The notes: generated by a model not told the origin, from the letters alone. A stretch of 64,000 nucleotides of DNA from Mesorhizobium sp. (GCA_046292285.1 JBKBRJ010000005.1:6537-70536), one strand, 5' to 3'; shown: positions 1-8,796, counted from the stretch's first letter. Translations and numbers: made by a program.

Positions 1-170
1 AGCCAGATCGCCTTCACCTTGAGCCCGTTCTGCTCGATCGCGGCGAGAATACGGTCCACGTCGCCGCCCGGATCGACCACCACCGCGGATTTGTCCTCGG
101 TATCGAACAGGATCGTGCAGTTCTGCTGGAAGGGCGTGACGGGAATGATCCCGGCGTTGAGCTGTCCCAT
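1..170 (-). CDS. MBL-fold metallo-hydrolase (glyoxalase II-like), N-terminal part only; the gene continues past the left edge
   Basis: Manual minus-strand translation from the ATG (170..168) gives MGQLNAGIIPVTPFQQNCTILFDTEDKSAVVVDPGGDVDRILAAIEQNGLKVKAIW. This is a typical N-terminus of MBL-fold hydrolases. The ORF is absent from the ORF track because it runs off the window. Confidence 0.6.
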   Translation of the reverse strand, partial: MGQLNAGIIPVTPFQQNCTILFDTEDKSAVVVDPGGDVDRILAAIEQNGLKVKAIW

Positions 171-271
171 GGCGGTTCCTTCTGTCGCGTCGCCCCGACA
201 TAGGCAGGCGACAGGGATGCGTCCACCGCGAAATCGGGTTCCGGCTCCGTCATGCGCGGCCCGAAACGAGG

Positions 272-295
272 ACGGGCGGCCTCGCGGCCGCCCGT
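272..295 (-). terminator. Putative intrinsic terminator of the 323..619 gene
   Basis: Perfect 10-bp GC stem ACGGGCGGCC/GGCCGCCCGT with a 4-nt loop, 27 nt downstream of the TAG stop. On the minus strand it is followed by CCUCGUUUCGG, a weak U tract. Confidence 0.5.
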
Positions 296-322
296 TGGAA
301 GAAGCCGCGAACCGCGACAGCC

Positions 323-619
323 CTACTTCTTCATGGCGCCCATCGCCGCGCCGACGATCGCTGTCAGGATCGCGCCGCCGCCGGCGCCGCCGACCGCATC
401 CGCGAGCAAGCCGCCCATTGCGCTGCCCGCCGCGGGGTCGACGCCCGCCCCGCCGCCGAGCAGGCCGCCGAGAATCGCGCCGCCGCCAACGCCGCCGATC
501 GCGCCCGCCAGTATCTTCGGCAACTGGCCCATCGCCGCCTGCTTCAACGCTGCGCCCACGGCCTGGCCGCCGATGATGCCCGTGACCACCTGCACTATGA
601 TCGGAAGAAGCGCTTCCAT
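323..619 (-). CDS. Small glycine/alanine-rich (glycine-zipper-like) membrane protein, 98 aa
   Basis: The ORF has a GGAGG SD 7 nt upstream of the ATG and its own terminator hairpin. The sequence consists of repeated GxxxG/AxxxG hydrophobic segments (IIGGQAVGAAL, GAIGGVGGGAILGGLLGGGAG, GGAGGGAILTAIVGAAMGAM) and ends in KK. Confidence 0.6.
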   Translation of the reverse strand: MEALLPIIVQVVTGIIGGQAVGAALKQAAMGQLPKILAGAIGGVGGGAILGGLLGGGAGVDPAAGSAMGGLLADAVGGAGGGAILTAIVGAAMGAMKK

Positions 620-711
620 GTCTGGTCCCTCCAGGAATGCCGACTCGAATGGGTCGGCGCGTTCATCAGACGCCGACCGTCGCGAAAGTCAATTGGAAGG
701 CAACCAAACGA

Positions 712-735
712 ACGGGCGGCGTCGCCGCCACCCGT
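712..735 (-). terminator. Putative intrinsic terminator of ilvE
   Basis: Minus strand ACGGGUGGCG-GCGA-CGCCGCCCGU forms a 10-bp stem with one G-U pair. It is followed by UCGUUUGGUUG and lies 27 nt after the ilvE TAG. Confidence 0.55.
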
Positions 736-761
736 TTCTCCCCGGAACCGGGAGGGAGCAG

Positions 762-1655
762 CTACTCGGCGGCGATCGCCCGGCGCGGCTGAACTTCTGC
801 CGAATAGTCCTCCATCAGCGTCTTCGCGATTTCGCCCACGGTGAAGCTGTAGGGTCCGATCTCCGAAACCGGCGTGACCTCGGCGGCGGTGCCGGTCAGG
901 AAGCACTGCTCGAAGCCTTCCAACTCCTCGGGCATGATCGCGCGCTCGATCACCTCGAGATTGCGGCGCCTGGCGAGGTCGATGACCGTACGCCGCGTGA
1001 TGCCGTCAAGGAAGCAGTCGGGCTTGGGCGTGTGCAGCTTGCCGTCCTTGACGAAGAAGACGTTGGCGCCCGTGGCCTCGGCCACCTGGCCGCGCCAGTC
1101 GAGCATCATCGCGTCGGCATAGCCCTTGGCCTCGGCCGCATGCTTGGAGATCGTGCAGATCATGTAGAGGCCCGCGGCCTTCGACTTCGACGGCGCGGTG
1201 CGCGGGTCGGGCCGGCGGTATTCGGCCAGGTCGAGCCGGATGCCCTTGAGCTTCTGCGCCGGATCGAAATAGCTCGGCCATTGCCAGATGGCGATGGCGC
1301 AGTTGATGCGGTTGTTTTGCGCCGACACGCCCATCATCTCCGAGCCGCGCCAGGCGATCGGCCGGACATAGGCATCGGTGAAGCCCTGCTTCTTGAGCAG
1401 CGTCCGGCAGGCGTCGTCGATCTCGGCGACCGAATAGGGAATCTTGAAGCCGAGGATGCGCGCCGACTCGTGCAGCCGCTCGGTGTGTTCGGTGAGCTTG
1501 AAGATTTCGCCGCCATAGGCGCGCTCGCCCTCGAACACGGCGCTTGCATAGTGCAGGCCGTGCGTCAGGACGTGGATCTTCGCATCCGCCCACTTCACGA
1601 ATTCGCCGTTCATCCAGATGAAGCCGTCAAGCTGATCGAAAGGAACGGATGCCAT
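762..1655 (-). CDS. ilvE: Branched-chain amino acid aminotransferase
   Basis: Class IV aminotransferase sequence (HVLTHGLHYASAVFEGERAY..., GLYMICTISK..., FLTGTAAEVTPV). Start re-set to the internal ATG giving MASVPFDQLDGFIWMNGEF. Confidence 0.9.
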   Translation of the reverse strand: MASVPFDQLDGFIWMNGEFVKWADAKIHVLTHGLHYASAVFEGERAYGGEIFKLTEHTERLHESARILGFKIPYSVAEIDDACRTLLKKQGFTDAYVRPIAWRGSEMMGVSAQNNRINCAIAIWQWPSYFDPAQKLKGIRLDLAEYRRPDPRTAPSKSKAAGLYMICTISKHAAEAKGYADAMMLDWRGQVAEATGANVFFVKDGKLHTPKPDCFLDGITRRTVIDLARRRNLEVIERAIMPEELEGFEQCFLTGTAAEVTPVSEIGPYSFTVGEIAKTLMEDYSAEVQPRRAIAAE

Positions 1656-1798
1656 GCTGACCTCCCGCGGGGCTGTGGCCCGCATATCGTTGGAATTGTG
1701 ACGTGTTTTCCGAACCGCTCCCGCGGCTGGCGGCATTCTTGCCGATCGCTGGTCAAAAGCAAAGCGAAGGAAGCGTCGAAGAAACGTCCCGGACTTGC

Positions 1799-1874
1799 CT
1801 TTTCGTTCGCAATCTGACGAAAAGCTTGATGAAAATTACCAGCAGGCCGAATATATGTCAACAAGGCTGACGTA
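1799..1874. promoter_or_regulatory. AT-rich divergent ilvE/marR control region with two inverted repeats (candidate MarR operators)
   Basis: Perfect 8-bp inverted repeat (IR) CTTTTCGT-N10-ACGAAAAG at 1799..1824, and IR TATGTCA-N7-TGACGTA at 1854..1874. Both lie in a locally AT-rich stretch 20-100 nt upstream of the marR ATG. Confidence 0.35.
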
Positions 1875-1895
1875 TTTTTCGGGAACGGAGATCGC

Positions 1896-2441
1896 ATGAG
1901 GGACAACGCCGCAGGCCAGAGGGGTCCGATCCGCGCCGCGCTCACGGCCAGCGATGGGCTCGAACTCGACCTGATCGAACTCCTATTCTTCGCCTATCGC
2001 GACTTCACGTCCGACCCGGACCAGATCCTGGCGACCGACGGCTTCGGCCGCGCGCACCACCGGGTGCTGCACTTCGTCAACCGGATGCCGGGGCTGACCG
2101 TGGCCGAATTGCTGGATGTGCTGAAAATCACCAAGCAAAGCCTGGCCCGCGTCCTGAAGCAGCTGATCGACACCGGCCACGTCGTCCAGATTCAAGGCCC
2201 GAAGGACCGCCGCCAGCGCGAACTCTATCCGACGCCGAAAGGCCGCGCGCTCGCGCTTGCCCTCGCCTTGCCACAGTCGCGACGCATTCGTGCGGCTCTC
2301 CAGGAGTCCGGCCCGCAGGATCGCGCCGCGATCGGCCGCTTCCTGAAGGCGATGGTGAACCCGGAGCTGCGTGCGCAGATCGATCGCCTGCCGCATGGCG
2401 AAGCCCCGGTGGTAGACGGAGAACCGAACGATGGTCGATGA
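1896..2441 (+). CDS. MarR family transcriptional regulator
   Basis: Winged-HTH core (LTVAELLDVLKITKQSLARVLKQLIDTGHVVQIQGPKDRRQRELYPTPKG). Its 3' end overlaps the next gene's start by 11 nt. Confidence 0.85.
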   Translation: MRDNAAGQRGPIRAALTASDGLELDLIELLFFAYRDFTSDPDQILATDGFGRAHHRVLHFVNRMPGLTVAELLDVLKITKQSLARVLKQLIDTGHVVQIQGPKDRRQRELYPTPKGRALALALALPQSRRIRAALQESGPQDRAAIGRFLKAMVNPELRAQIDRLPHGEAPVVDGEPNDGR

Positions 2442-3135
2442 AATCGTGGTCCCGACCGACGACGCACCGCATCTCCTGGTGGTCGACGACGACACGCGCA
2501 TCCGCACGCTGCTGATGCAGTTTCTCTCGAGCAACGGCTTCCGCGTCACCGTGGCGGCCACCGCCGCCGAGGCCCGGCGCAAGCTCGAGGGTCTCGATTT
2601 CGACCTGATCGTGCTCGACGTCATGATGCCGGGCGAAAGCGGCGTCGACCTCACCCGCTCGCTGCGCGAGCGCAAGGAGGTGCCGATCCTGATGCTGACC
2701 GCCCTGTCCGAGACCAACAGCCGGATCGCGGGCCTCGAGGCGGGCGCCGACGACTACCTGCCCAAGCCCTTCGATCCGCGCGAGCTCATCTTGCGCATCA
2801 ACAACATCCTGCGCCGGGGCGGCCCGCCGCAGACTCCGAAGGCCGAGCAGATCGTCTTCGGACCCTACACCTTCCAGATCGCGCGGCGTGAACTGAAGAA
2901 CGCGGGCGAGTCGATCAAGCTGACCGATCGCGAGCAGGACATCCTGGCGATCTTCGCCGAGCGGCCGGGCGAGACCATTCCGCGCCACGAACTGGTCAGC
3001 GGCGACGCCGAGGTCGGCGAGCGCACCATCGACGTGCAGATCAACCGGCTGCGCCGCAAGATCGAGCGCGATCCGGCCAATCCGGTCTGGCTGCAGACCG
3101 TGCGCGGCGTCGGCTACCGCCTGAGCGTCGAATAG
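2431..3135 (+). CDS. OmpR-family response regulator (PetR/CenR-like)
   Basis: Receiver domain (LLVVDDD, LDVMMPG, DDYLPKPF) followed by a winged-helix effector domain (VQINRLRRKIE...TVRGVGYRL). Confidence 0.9.
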   Translation: MVDEIVVPTDDAPHLLVVDDDTRIRTLLMQFLSSNGFRVTVAATAAEARRKLEGLDFDLIVLDVMMPGESGVDLTRSLRERKEVPILMLTALSETNSRIAGLEAGADDYLPKPFDPRELILRINNILRRGGPPQTPKAEQIVFGPYTFQIARRELKNAGESIKLTDREQDILAIFAERPGETIPRHELVSGDAEVGERTIDVQINRLRRKIERDPANPVWLQTVRGVGYRLSVE

Positions 3136-3221
3136 GACGGCCCCGGCCGGTTCCGTCCGGCGATGGCCTCGACTACACTGCGTGGCGACGGCAAGCGCGG
3201 CCGGCCGGCCGCGCCGCCCGC

Positions 3222-4646
3222 ATGAAGGACGGCATGGCGACCAGCGATACACCGAGGAGCGAACAGGACGAGGGGGCCAGCCCGCTGCTGCGCGCGGCCG
3301 GCGCCCTGCCGGAAGGCTGGCGCCGCTTCTGGCGCCGCGTCTCGCGCTACATGCCCAAGCGGCTCTATGCGCGCTCGCTGATCATCGTCATCGCGCCGAT
3401 GATCCTGCTGCAGTCGGTGGTGGCCTTCGTCTTCATGGAGCGCCACTGGCAGACGGTGACCCAACGCCTGTCGATGGCGGTGACGCGCGACATCGCCGCG
3501 ATCATCGACATGATCGAGACCTATCCCGACCAGAACGGCTACCAGAACGTCGTGCGGATCGCCCAGGAGCGGCTGGCATTGAAGGTCGACATCATGCCGC
3601 CCGATCCCCTGCCCGCGCCCGGCCCCAAGCCGTTCTTCTCGATACTCGACCAGGTGCTGTCGGCCGAGATCACCCGCCTGATCAACCGCCCCTTCTGGCT
3701 CGACACGGTGGGCAACTCGGCGATCGTCGAGATCCGCATCAGGCTGGACAACATGGTGCTGCGCGTCTTTGCCCGCCGCAGCCAGGCCTATGCTTCGAAC
3801 ACCCACATCTTCCTGCTCTGGATGGTCGGTACGTCGCTGGTGCTGATCATCATCGCCGTGCTCTTCCTGCGCAACCAGATCCGGCCGATCCAGCAGCTCG
3901 CGTACGGGGCCGCGAGCTTCGGCACGGGACGACCGCCGCCGCCCGACTTCCGCCCGCGCGGCGCCGACGAGGTCCGTCGCGCCGGCGCCGCCTTCATCCA
4001 GATGCGCGAGCGCATCGAGCGCCAGATCGAACAGCGAACGGCGATGCTGACGGGCGTCAGCCATGACCTGCGCACCATCCTGACCCGATTCAAGCTGCAA
4101 CTGGCGATCGCCGGCAAGCGCCCGGAGACCGAGGCGCTGAACCAGGACATCGACGACATGCAGTCGATGCTGGAGGGATATCTCGCCTTCGCCAGGGGCG
4201 AGGCCTCCGAGGACACCGGCCAGTTGAACATCGAAAGCCTGTTCGAACGCCTGTCCGAGGAGGCGCGGCTGCGCAAGCGCAAGCTGACGACGCAGATCAC
4301 CGGATCGCCCGAACTTCTGGTGCGGCCCGCGGCCTTCACACGGCTGATGTCGAACCTCGTCGGCAATGCGTTCCGCTATGCCCGGACCGTGAACGTGCAG
4401 GCCACCCACACCCGCGGCACCCTGACGGTGGTCATCGACGACGACGGTCCCGGCATCCCCGCCGAGAAGCGCGAGCACGTGTTCAAGCCCTTCGTGCGCC
4501 TCGACGACGCGCGCAACCAGGACGCCAGCGGCACCGGGCTTGGCCTGTCGATCGCCCGCGACATCGCCCGCAGCCACGGCGGCGACATCATGCTCGGCGA
4601 CAGCCCGATGGGCGGCCTGAGGGCCACAGTGCGCCTGCCGGCGTGA
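3222..4646 (+). CDS. Sensor histidine kinase (EnvZ-like: two TM segments, HAMP, HisKA, HATPase_c)
   Basis: H-box MLTGVSHDLRT, N-box NLVGNAFRYA, G-boxes DDDGPGIP and GTGLGLSIA. Start codon uncertain. Confidence 0.85.
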   Translation: MKDGMATSDTPRSEQDEGASPLLRAAGALPEGWRRFWRRVSRYMPKRLYARSLIIVIAPMILLQSVVAFVFMERHWQTVTQRLSMAVTRDIAAIIDMIETYPDQNGYQNVVRIAQERLALKVDIMPPDPLPAPGPKPFFSILDQVLSAEITRLINRPFWLDTVGNSAIVEIRIRLDNMVLRVFARRSQAYASNTHIFLLWMVGTSLVLIIIAVLFLRNQIRPIQQLAYGAASFGTGRPPPPDFRPRGADEVRRAGAAFIQMRERIERQIEQRTAMLTGVSHDLRTILTRFKLQLAIAGKRPETEALNQDIDDMQSMLEGYLAFARGEASEDTGQLNIESLFERLSEEARLRKRKLTTQITGSPELLVRPAAFTRLMSNLVGNAFRYARTVNVQATHTRGTLTVVIDDDGPGIPAEKREHVFKPFVRLDDARNQDASGTGLGLSIARDIARSHGGDIMLGDSPMGGLRATVRLPA

Positions 4647-4665
4647 GGGGTTCGAAGGCAGCTAC

Positions 4666-4694
4666 CTTGTTCTTCGCCAATCGACGCACTATAT
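4666..4694 (+). promoter_or_regulatory. Consensus-like sigma-70 promoter of the xre-RES operon
   Basis: CTTGTT-N17-CTATAT, against the alphaproteobacterial consensus CTTGAC-N17-CTATAT. It lies about 25 nt upstream of an AAGGAGAG SD and the ATG at 4720. Confidence 0.5.
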
Positions 4695-4719
4695 CTCGCC
4701 AAGTGGCAAGGAGAGCCCT

Positions 4720-5136
4720 ATGGCGCAAGCGGCATTCGCAGACAAGATCCAGACCGGCGTCCTCCCACATGGCGACGCCGAGATCGCTGTCGTAGCGGCG
4801 AAAGCCTTCGTCCGGATTGCCGAGGCCTGGCGGCTGCGCAACGAAGAGGCGGCGAACCTGCTCGACGTATCCGCCCGCACCTGGAACCGGATGAAGACCG
4901 GCGAATGGAGCGGCCGGCTGTCGCGCGACCAGTTGCTGAGGACGAGCGGTGTCGTGGGCCTCTACAAGGCGCTGCATCTGTATTTCAGCGACCCGCTCGC
5001 CGACGAATGGGTTCGGCTCCCAAACGCCGGGCCGGCCTTCGCCAATCGCCGGCCGCTGGACGCCATGATCGACGGTGGACTTCCCGCGATCCTGTCCACG
5101 CGCGACTACGTCGATGCCCTGCGGGGTGGCGTTTGA
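4720..5136 (+). CDS. Xre-like antitoxin with a C-terminal DUF2384 domain (MbcA/ParS family)
   Basis: 138 aa and directly coupled to a RES-domain ORF. The C-terminal motif ...NRRPLDAMIDGG...VDALRGG is typical of DUF2384 antitoxins. Confidence 0.8.
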   Translation: MAQAAFADKIQTGVLPHGDAEIAVVAAKAFVRIAEAWRLRNEEAANLLDVSARTWNRMKTGEWSGRLSRDQLLRTSGVVGLYKALHLYFSDPLADEWVRLPNAGPAFANRRPLDAMIDGGLPAILSTRDYVDALRGGV

Positions 5137-5813
5137 TCCCGCCACTCACCGCCATCGCGGAGCAGGCGACGGTGCGGCTCGTCTCGACGGCCTACTTTAA
5201 GCCGCCGGTGCTGCGACCGCTGGTCGACACACCGGAGGAATTCGAATTGCTCGCGGAAATCGAGGGGCTCACCAACCGCCGCCTCAAGGCCGAGACGGTC
5301 GGCGCCGGGTCGCTCGATCCGCGCGAGACGATCTTCCGCGCCTGGGGCCGCACCTACATCAACGCCGCCTTCGCCTACACTCGCGCCGAGGGCAACCGGT
5401 TCAATTCCGGTAATCGCGGTGCCTGGTATTGTGCCTTGGACGAACTGACGGCGATCGCCGAGGTGGGATTCCACCGAACGCGAGAACTGACCCGCATCGG
5501 CCGCTTCGAGGACGAGGCGGTGTACCAGTCGCTGCTGGCGGGCTTCATCGGCGATTTCCACGACCTGCGCGAACGCGGCGGAGAGCTTGAGTGCCTGGGT
5601 TCCGACCCGGCAATCGCCTATCCCGCGGGGCAGGCGCTCGCCAGGGCATTGCGCGAGGAGGGAAGCCGCGGGCTGATCTATCCGTCGGCCCGGCGCAACG
5701 GCGGCACTTGTCTCGTCGCCTTCGAGCCGCATAGCGTCCAGAACGTGCGGCCGGGCGCGCGCTGGAAACTCGTCTGGAACGGGATCCCCCGCTACACGGT
5801 CACGACGGACTGA
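5133..5813 (+). CDS. RES-domain toxin (MbcT/ParT-like NAD+-targeting family)
   Basis: R...E...S signature context (NRFNSGNRGAWYCA...AIAEVGFH...GLIYPSARRNGGTCLVAFEP). The start is assigned to an in-frame TTG at 5133 overlapping the antitoxin TGA (gtTTGAtc). The longest ORF (from 4905) would overlap the antitoxin. Confidence 0.8.
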   Translation: MIPPLTAIAEQATVRLVSTAYFKPPVLRPLVDTPEEFELLAEIEGLTNRRLKAETVGAGSLDPRETIFRAWGRTYINAAFAYTRAEGNRFNSGNRGAWYCALDELTAIAEVGFHRTRELTRIGRFEDEAVYQSLLAGFIGDFHDLRERGGELECLGSDPAIAYPAGQALARALREEGSRGLIYPSARRNGGTCLVAFEPHSVQNVRPGARWKLVWNGIPRYTVTTD

Positions 5814-5828
5814 GCGGAAAACCCGGTC

Positions 5829-6968
5829 CTACCCCTCACCCGACGTCGCGTCATGCGGCGCGGTCGGCTGCCTCGTGAAACCCTTGACGCCCGAGATCTC
5901 GGCCATGTCGCGCTTGATCTCCAGCGGGCTCGCCACATAGGCCGTGACGAGTTCGGCGACAGAACGCAGCGCGTCCATGTGGATCCGCTCGTAGCCGTGC
6001 GAGGCATCGACGCCGAAGGCGACCAGCGCGGTGCGCACGTCGTGGCCGGCCACCACCGCCGAAGCGGAGTCGGAGCGATAGTAGCGGAAGATGTCGCGCT
6101 GCATGGCGATGTCGTTGTCGCGGCAGAGATCGATCAGCTTCCGGGTCAGATGATAGTCGAACGGCCCGGTCTGGTCGGCCATGGCGATGGTGACGCCGAA
6201 CTCGGACGAATTCTGTCCCGGCGCCGTGGTGCCGTTGTCGACCGCCACCATCGAGGCGACCTCCGGGGCGACGATGGCGGTCGCGCCGACGCCCACCTCC
6301 TCGGCGATCGTGAACAGCCAGTGGATGTCGACCGGCGTGCGCGCCTTCGCCCGTTCGACGGCTTCGAGCGCCGCGAGGACGGCGGCCACGCCTGCCTTGT
6401 CGTCGAGGTGGCGCGAGACGATGAAGCCGTTGTCCATGAATTCGGTCTCCGGATCGATGGCGACGACGTCGCCGATGTCGATGCCCAGCGCCAGGGTCTC
6501 AGCCCGGCTCGATGTGCGCGCGTCGATCCTGAGCTCGATGTGCTGCCAGTCGACCGGCTGGGTGTCGACGCCGTCGTTGAAGGTGTGCCCGGACGCCTTC
6601 AGCGGCAGGATCGAACCGCGATGCCTGCCTTCGTAGGAATAAATGTTGGCGCGCGCGCCTTCGGCGAAACGCGACGACCAGTGGCCGATGGGCACGAGTT
6701 CCAGCCGGCCATTGTCCTTGACGCGCTTCACCTGCGCGCCAAGCGTGTCGAGGTGGGTGACGATCGCGCGTGCGCCCTGCCGTCGGCTGCCCTGGCGCAC
6801 GGCCCGGATCGCGCCGCGGCGGGTCAGTTCGACATTCATGCCGAGGCGCTCCAGCTCCCGCGTCACGTGGCGCACGGCCGTGTCGGTGAAGCCGGTCGGG
6901 CTGTCGATCGCGAGCAGCGCCTTCAGTTGCGCCGCGAGATAGTCGGTGTCGATTGCAAGCTTCGTCAC
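5829..6968 (-). CDS. M42-family peptidase of the NAGGN osmoprotectant cluster
   Basis: M42 glutamyl aminopeptidase-like sequence (IVTHLDTLG, SRHLDDKAGVAAVL, WLFTIAEEVG, VAFGVDASHGYERIH). The GTG start overlaps the ngg TGA (GTGA). The 664-aa longest ORF is an artefactual extension into ngg. Confidence 0.85.
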   Translation of the reverse strand: MTKLAIDTDYLAAQLKALLAIDSPTGFTDTAVRHVTRELERLGMNVELTRRGAIRAVRQGSRRQGARAIVTHLDTLGAQVKRVKDNGRLELVPIGHWSSRFAEGARANIYSYEGRHRGSILPLKASGHTFNDGVDTQPVDWQHIELRIDARTSSRAETLALGIDIGDVVAIDPETEFMDNGFIVSRHLDDKAGVAAVLAALEAVERAKARTPVDIHWLFTIAEEVGVGATAIVAPEVASMVAVDNGTTAPGQNSSEFGVTIAMADQTGPFDYHLTRKLIDLCRDNDIAMQRDIFRYYRSDSASAVVAGHDVRTALVAFGVDASHGYERIHMDALRSVAELVTAYVASPLEIKRDMAEISGVKGFTRQPTAPHDATSGEG

Positions 6969-8794
6969 GGAGACGGCTCCGGACGGCCGGACGGCGACTG
7001 CGAGGCGTGGATCGGGCGCGAGTGCGGGAACAGCAGATCGACGAAGCGCTGCGCGGTCGGCTGCGGCTCGTGGTTGGCAAGCCCCGGCCGCTCGTTCGCC
7101 TCGATGAAGACGTAGTCGGGCTCCGTCGGCCGCCGCACCATGAAGTCGATGCCGACGACCGGAATCTTGATCGCGCGCGCGGCCGTGCAGGCCGCCTCCA
7201 CCAGCCGCGGATGCACGATGCCGGTGACGTCGTGGATCGAACCGCCGGTGTGGAGGTTGGCCGTCTTGCGCACCACGATCTCGCGGCCGGGCTCCAGGAC
7301 ATCGGCGAGCGTCAGCCCCTGGCCAGCCAGGCAACGCTCGGCGTCCGCGTCGATCGGGATGGTGCTTTCGCCACCCGTCGCCGCGGCCCGCCGGCGCGAC
7401 TGGCGCTCGATCAGCGTGCGGATGTCGTGCTCGCCGTCGCCGACCACCGAGGGTGGACGCCGCACGGCGGCGGCGACCAGCTTGTAGTCGATGACCACCA
7501 GCCGCAAATCCTCGCCCTGGAAGCAGGCCTCCAGCAGAACGCGGTTGCAGACCTCGCGCGCAGCGCGAATGGCCCTGCGGGTGTCGTCGAGGGTTTCGAG
7601 CCCCACCGACACGCCGCGGCCCTGCTCGCCGCGCGCCGGCTTGACCACCACGCTGCCATGTTCGGCGAGAAACGCCTCGATCGTCGCGTCCGCGTCGGTC
7701 TCGACCGCGATCTGATCGGGAACCTTCAACCCGGCACGCTCGACGACGCGGCGGGTGACGGCCTTGTCGTCGCAGATCGACACGGCCACCCCCGACGTCA
7801 TTTCCGACAGGCTCTCGCGGCAATGCACCGACCGGCCGCCATAGGCGAGGCTGAAGAAGCCGCCTTCCGCGTCGGTCACCTCCACCTGGATGCCGCGTCG
7901 CCGCGCCTCGTCGACGATGATGCGGGCATAGGGGTTGAGCCCGTCATAGCCCTCGATCGGCGCGGCGAAGAGGCGCTCGTTGATCGGGTTCTTGCGCTTG
8001 ACGGCGAAGATCGGCACGCGGCGGAAGCCGAGCTTCTCGTAGAGCGCGATGGCCTGCTCGTTGTCGTGCAGCACCGACAGGTCCATGAAGGCCGCGCCCC
8101 GCGCCTGGAAATGCTCGGCCAGGCGCCGCACCAGCATCTCGCCGACGCCTGGATGACGGCACTGCGGATCGACGGCCAGGCACCAGAGAGAGGAGCCCCG
8201 CTCGGGGTCGCCGAACAGCCGCTGGTGGTCGACGCCCGTCACCGTTCCGATGACGTCGCCCGTCGCCTCGTCCTCGGCGACGAGATAGGTGATCGAGCGG
8301 CTGTCGCGGTTGGCCCAGAAGAACTCCGGGCTGACCGTCACCATGTGGCGGGAGGCGTAGATGGTGTTCACCGCGTCGGCGTCGACCTGCGAAGCCAGCC
8401 GGCGGATGAAGAAGCTCTTCGGCCTGCGGCGGCTGGCGCGATAGGTCGCCAGGTCGAGGCGGTAGGTGTGCGATGGATCGAGGAAAGTCTCCTGCGGCGC
8501 GAGCGCCAGGAGCACGTGCGGATCGCGGACGTAGAAGGCGATGTCGCGCCGCTTGTCGCCCTCTTGGGACAGGGCGTCGATGATGCCCGGATTGTCGGGA
8601 AAGGTCTGCGAGAACAGGAGCCGTCCCCAGCCGCAGTCGAGGGCCACCGACTGGCGCGTGGGCGCCTTCTCGCCCGCAAGCGGCCCGATCGGCTGCTTCT
8701 GGGATTCATTGCGCAGGCGCTTGAGCCTGTGGCCGAGCGCCCGCTCGGCCTTGCCTGTGTTGCGGCGGGGCTCCGCCGATTTGACTTTCGACAT
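6965..8794 (-). CDS. ngg: N-acetylglutaminylglutamine synthetase (GNAT plus ATP-grasp)
   Basis: GNAT core (LAVDPQCRHPGVGEMLVRRL...ALYEKLGF) followed by an ATP-grasp/cyanophycin-synthetase-like half (VVVKPARGEQGRGVSVGL...). The ATG at 8794 lies 2 nt after the asnO stop. Confidence 0.85.
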   Translation of the reverse strand: MSKVKSAEPRRNTGKAERALGHRLKRLRNESQKQPIGPLAGEKAPTRQSVALDCGWGRLLFSQTFPDNPGIIDALSQEGDKRRDIAFYVRDPHVLLALAPQETFLDPSHTYRLDLATYRASRRRPKSFFIRRLASQVDADAVNTIYASRHMVTVSPEFFWANRDSRSITYLVAEDEATGDVIGTVTGVDHQRLFGDPERGSSLWCLAVDPQCRHPGVGEMLVRRLAEHFQARGAAFMDLSVLHDNEQAIALYEKLGFRRVPIFAVKRKNPINERLFAAPIEGYDGLNPYARIIVDEARRRGIQVEVTDAEGGFFSLAYGGRSVHCRESLSEMTSGVAVSICDDKAVTRRVVERAGLKVPDQIAVETDADATIEAFLAEHGSVVVKPARGEQGRGVSVGLETLDDTRRAIRAAREVCNRVLLEACFQGEDLRLVVIDYKLVAAAVRRPPSVVGDGEHDIRTLIERQSRRRAAATGGESTIPIDADAERCLAGQGLTLADVLEPGREIVVRKTANLHTGGSIHDVTGIVHPRLVEAACTAARAIKIPVVGIDFMVRRPTEPDYVFIEANERPGLANHEPQPTAQRFVDLLFPHSRPIHASQSPSGRPEPSP

Positions 8795-8796
8795 GG

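Noticed and set aside
14-253. The 79-aa minus-strand ORF 14..253 and the 185-aa plus-strand ORF 19..576 at the left edge.
   Set aside because: Both are out of frame with, or antisense to, the MBL-fold hydrolase N-terminus (1..170) and the glycine-rich protein gene. Their translations are Arg/Pro/Ser-rich with no motifs.
4641-4660. A tRNA-like T-arm fragment (GGGGTTCGAAGG) just after the histidine kinase stop.
   Set aside because: There is no acceptor stem, anticodon arm or D-arm around it. It is an isolated 9-mer match. I found no tRNA genes anywhere in the window.
5829-7823. Long N-terminal extensions of genuine genes in the ORF track. Examples: 5829..7823, 33116..34807, 44083..45225, 44715..46448, 58092..59498, 10833..11618, 28971..29726, 14851..16575 and 4905..5813.
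   Set aside because: The extensions overlap the upstream gene and are compositionally junk-like. Each contains an internal start that yields the canonical family N-terminus, often with an SD or an ATGA/GTGA coupling overlap. Coordinates were trimmed accordingly.
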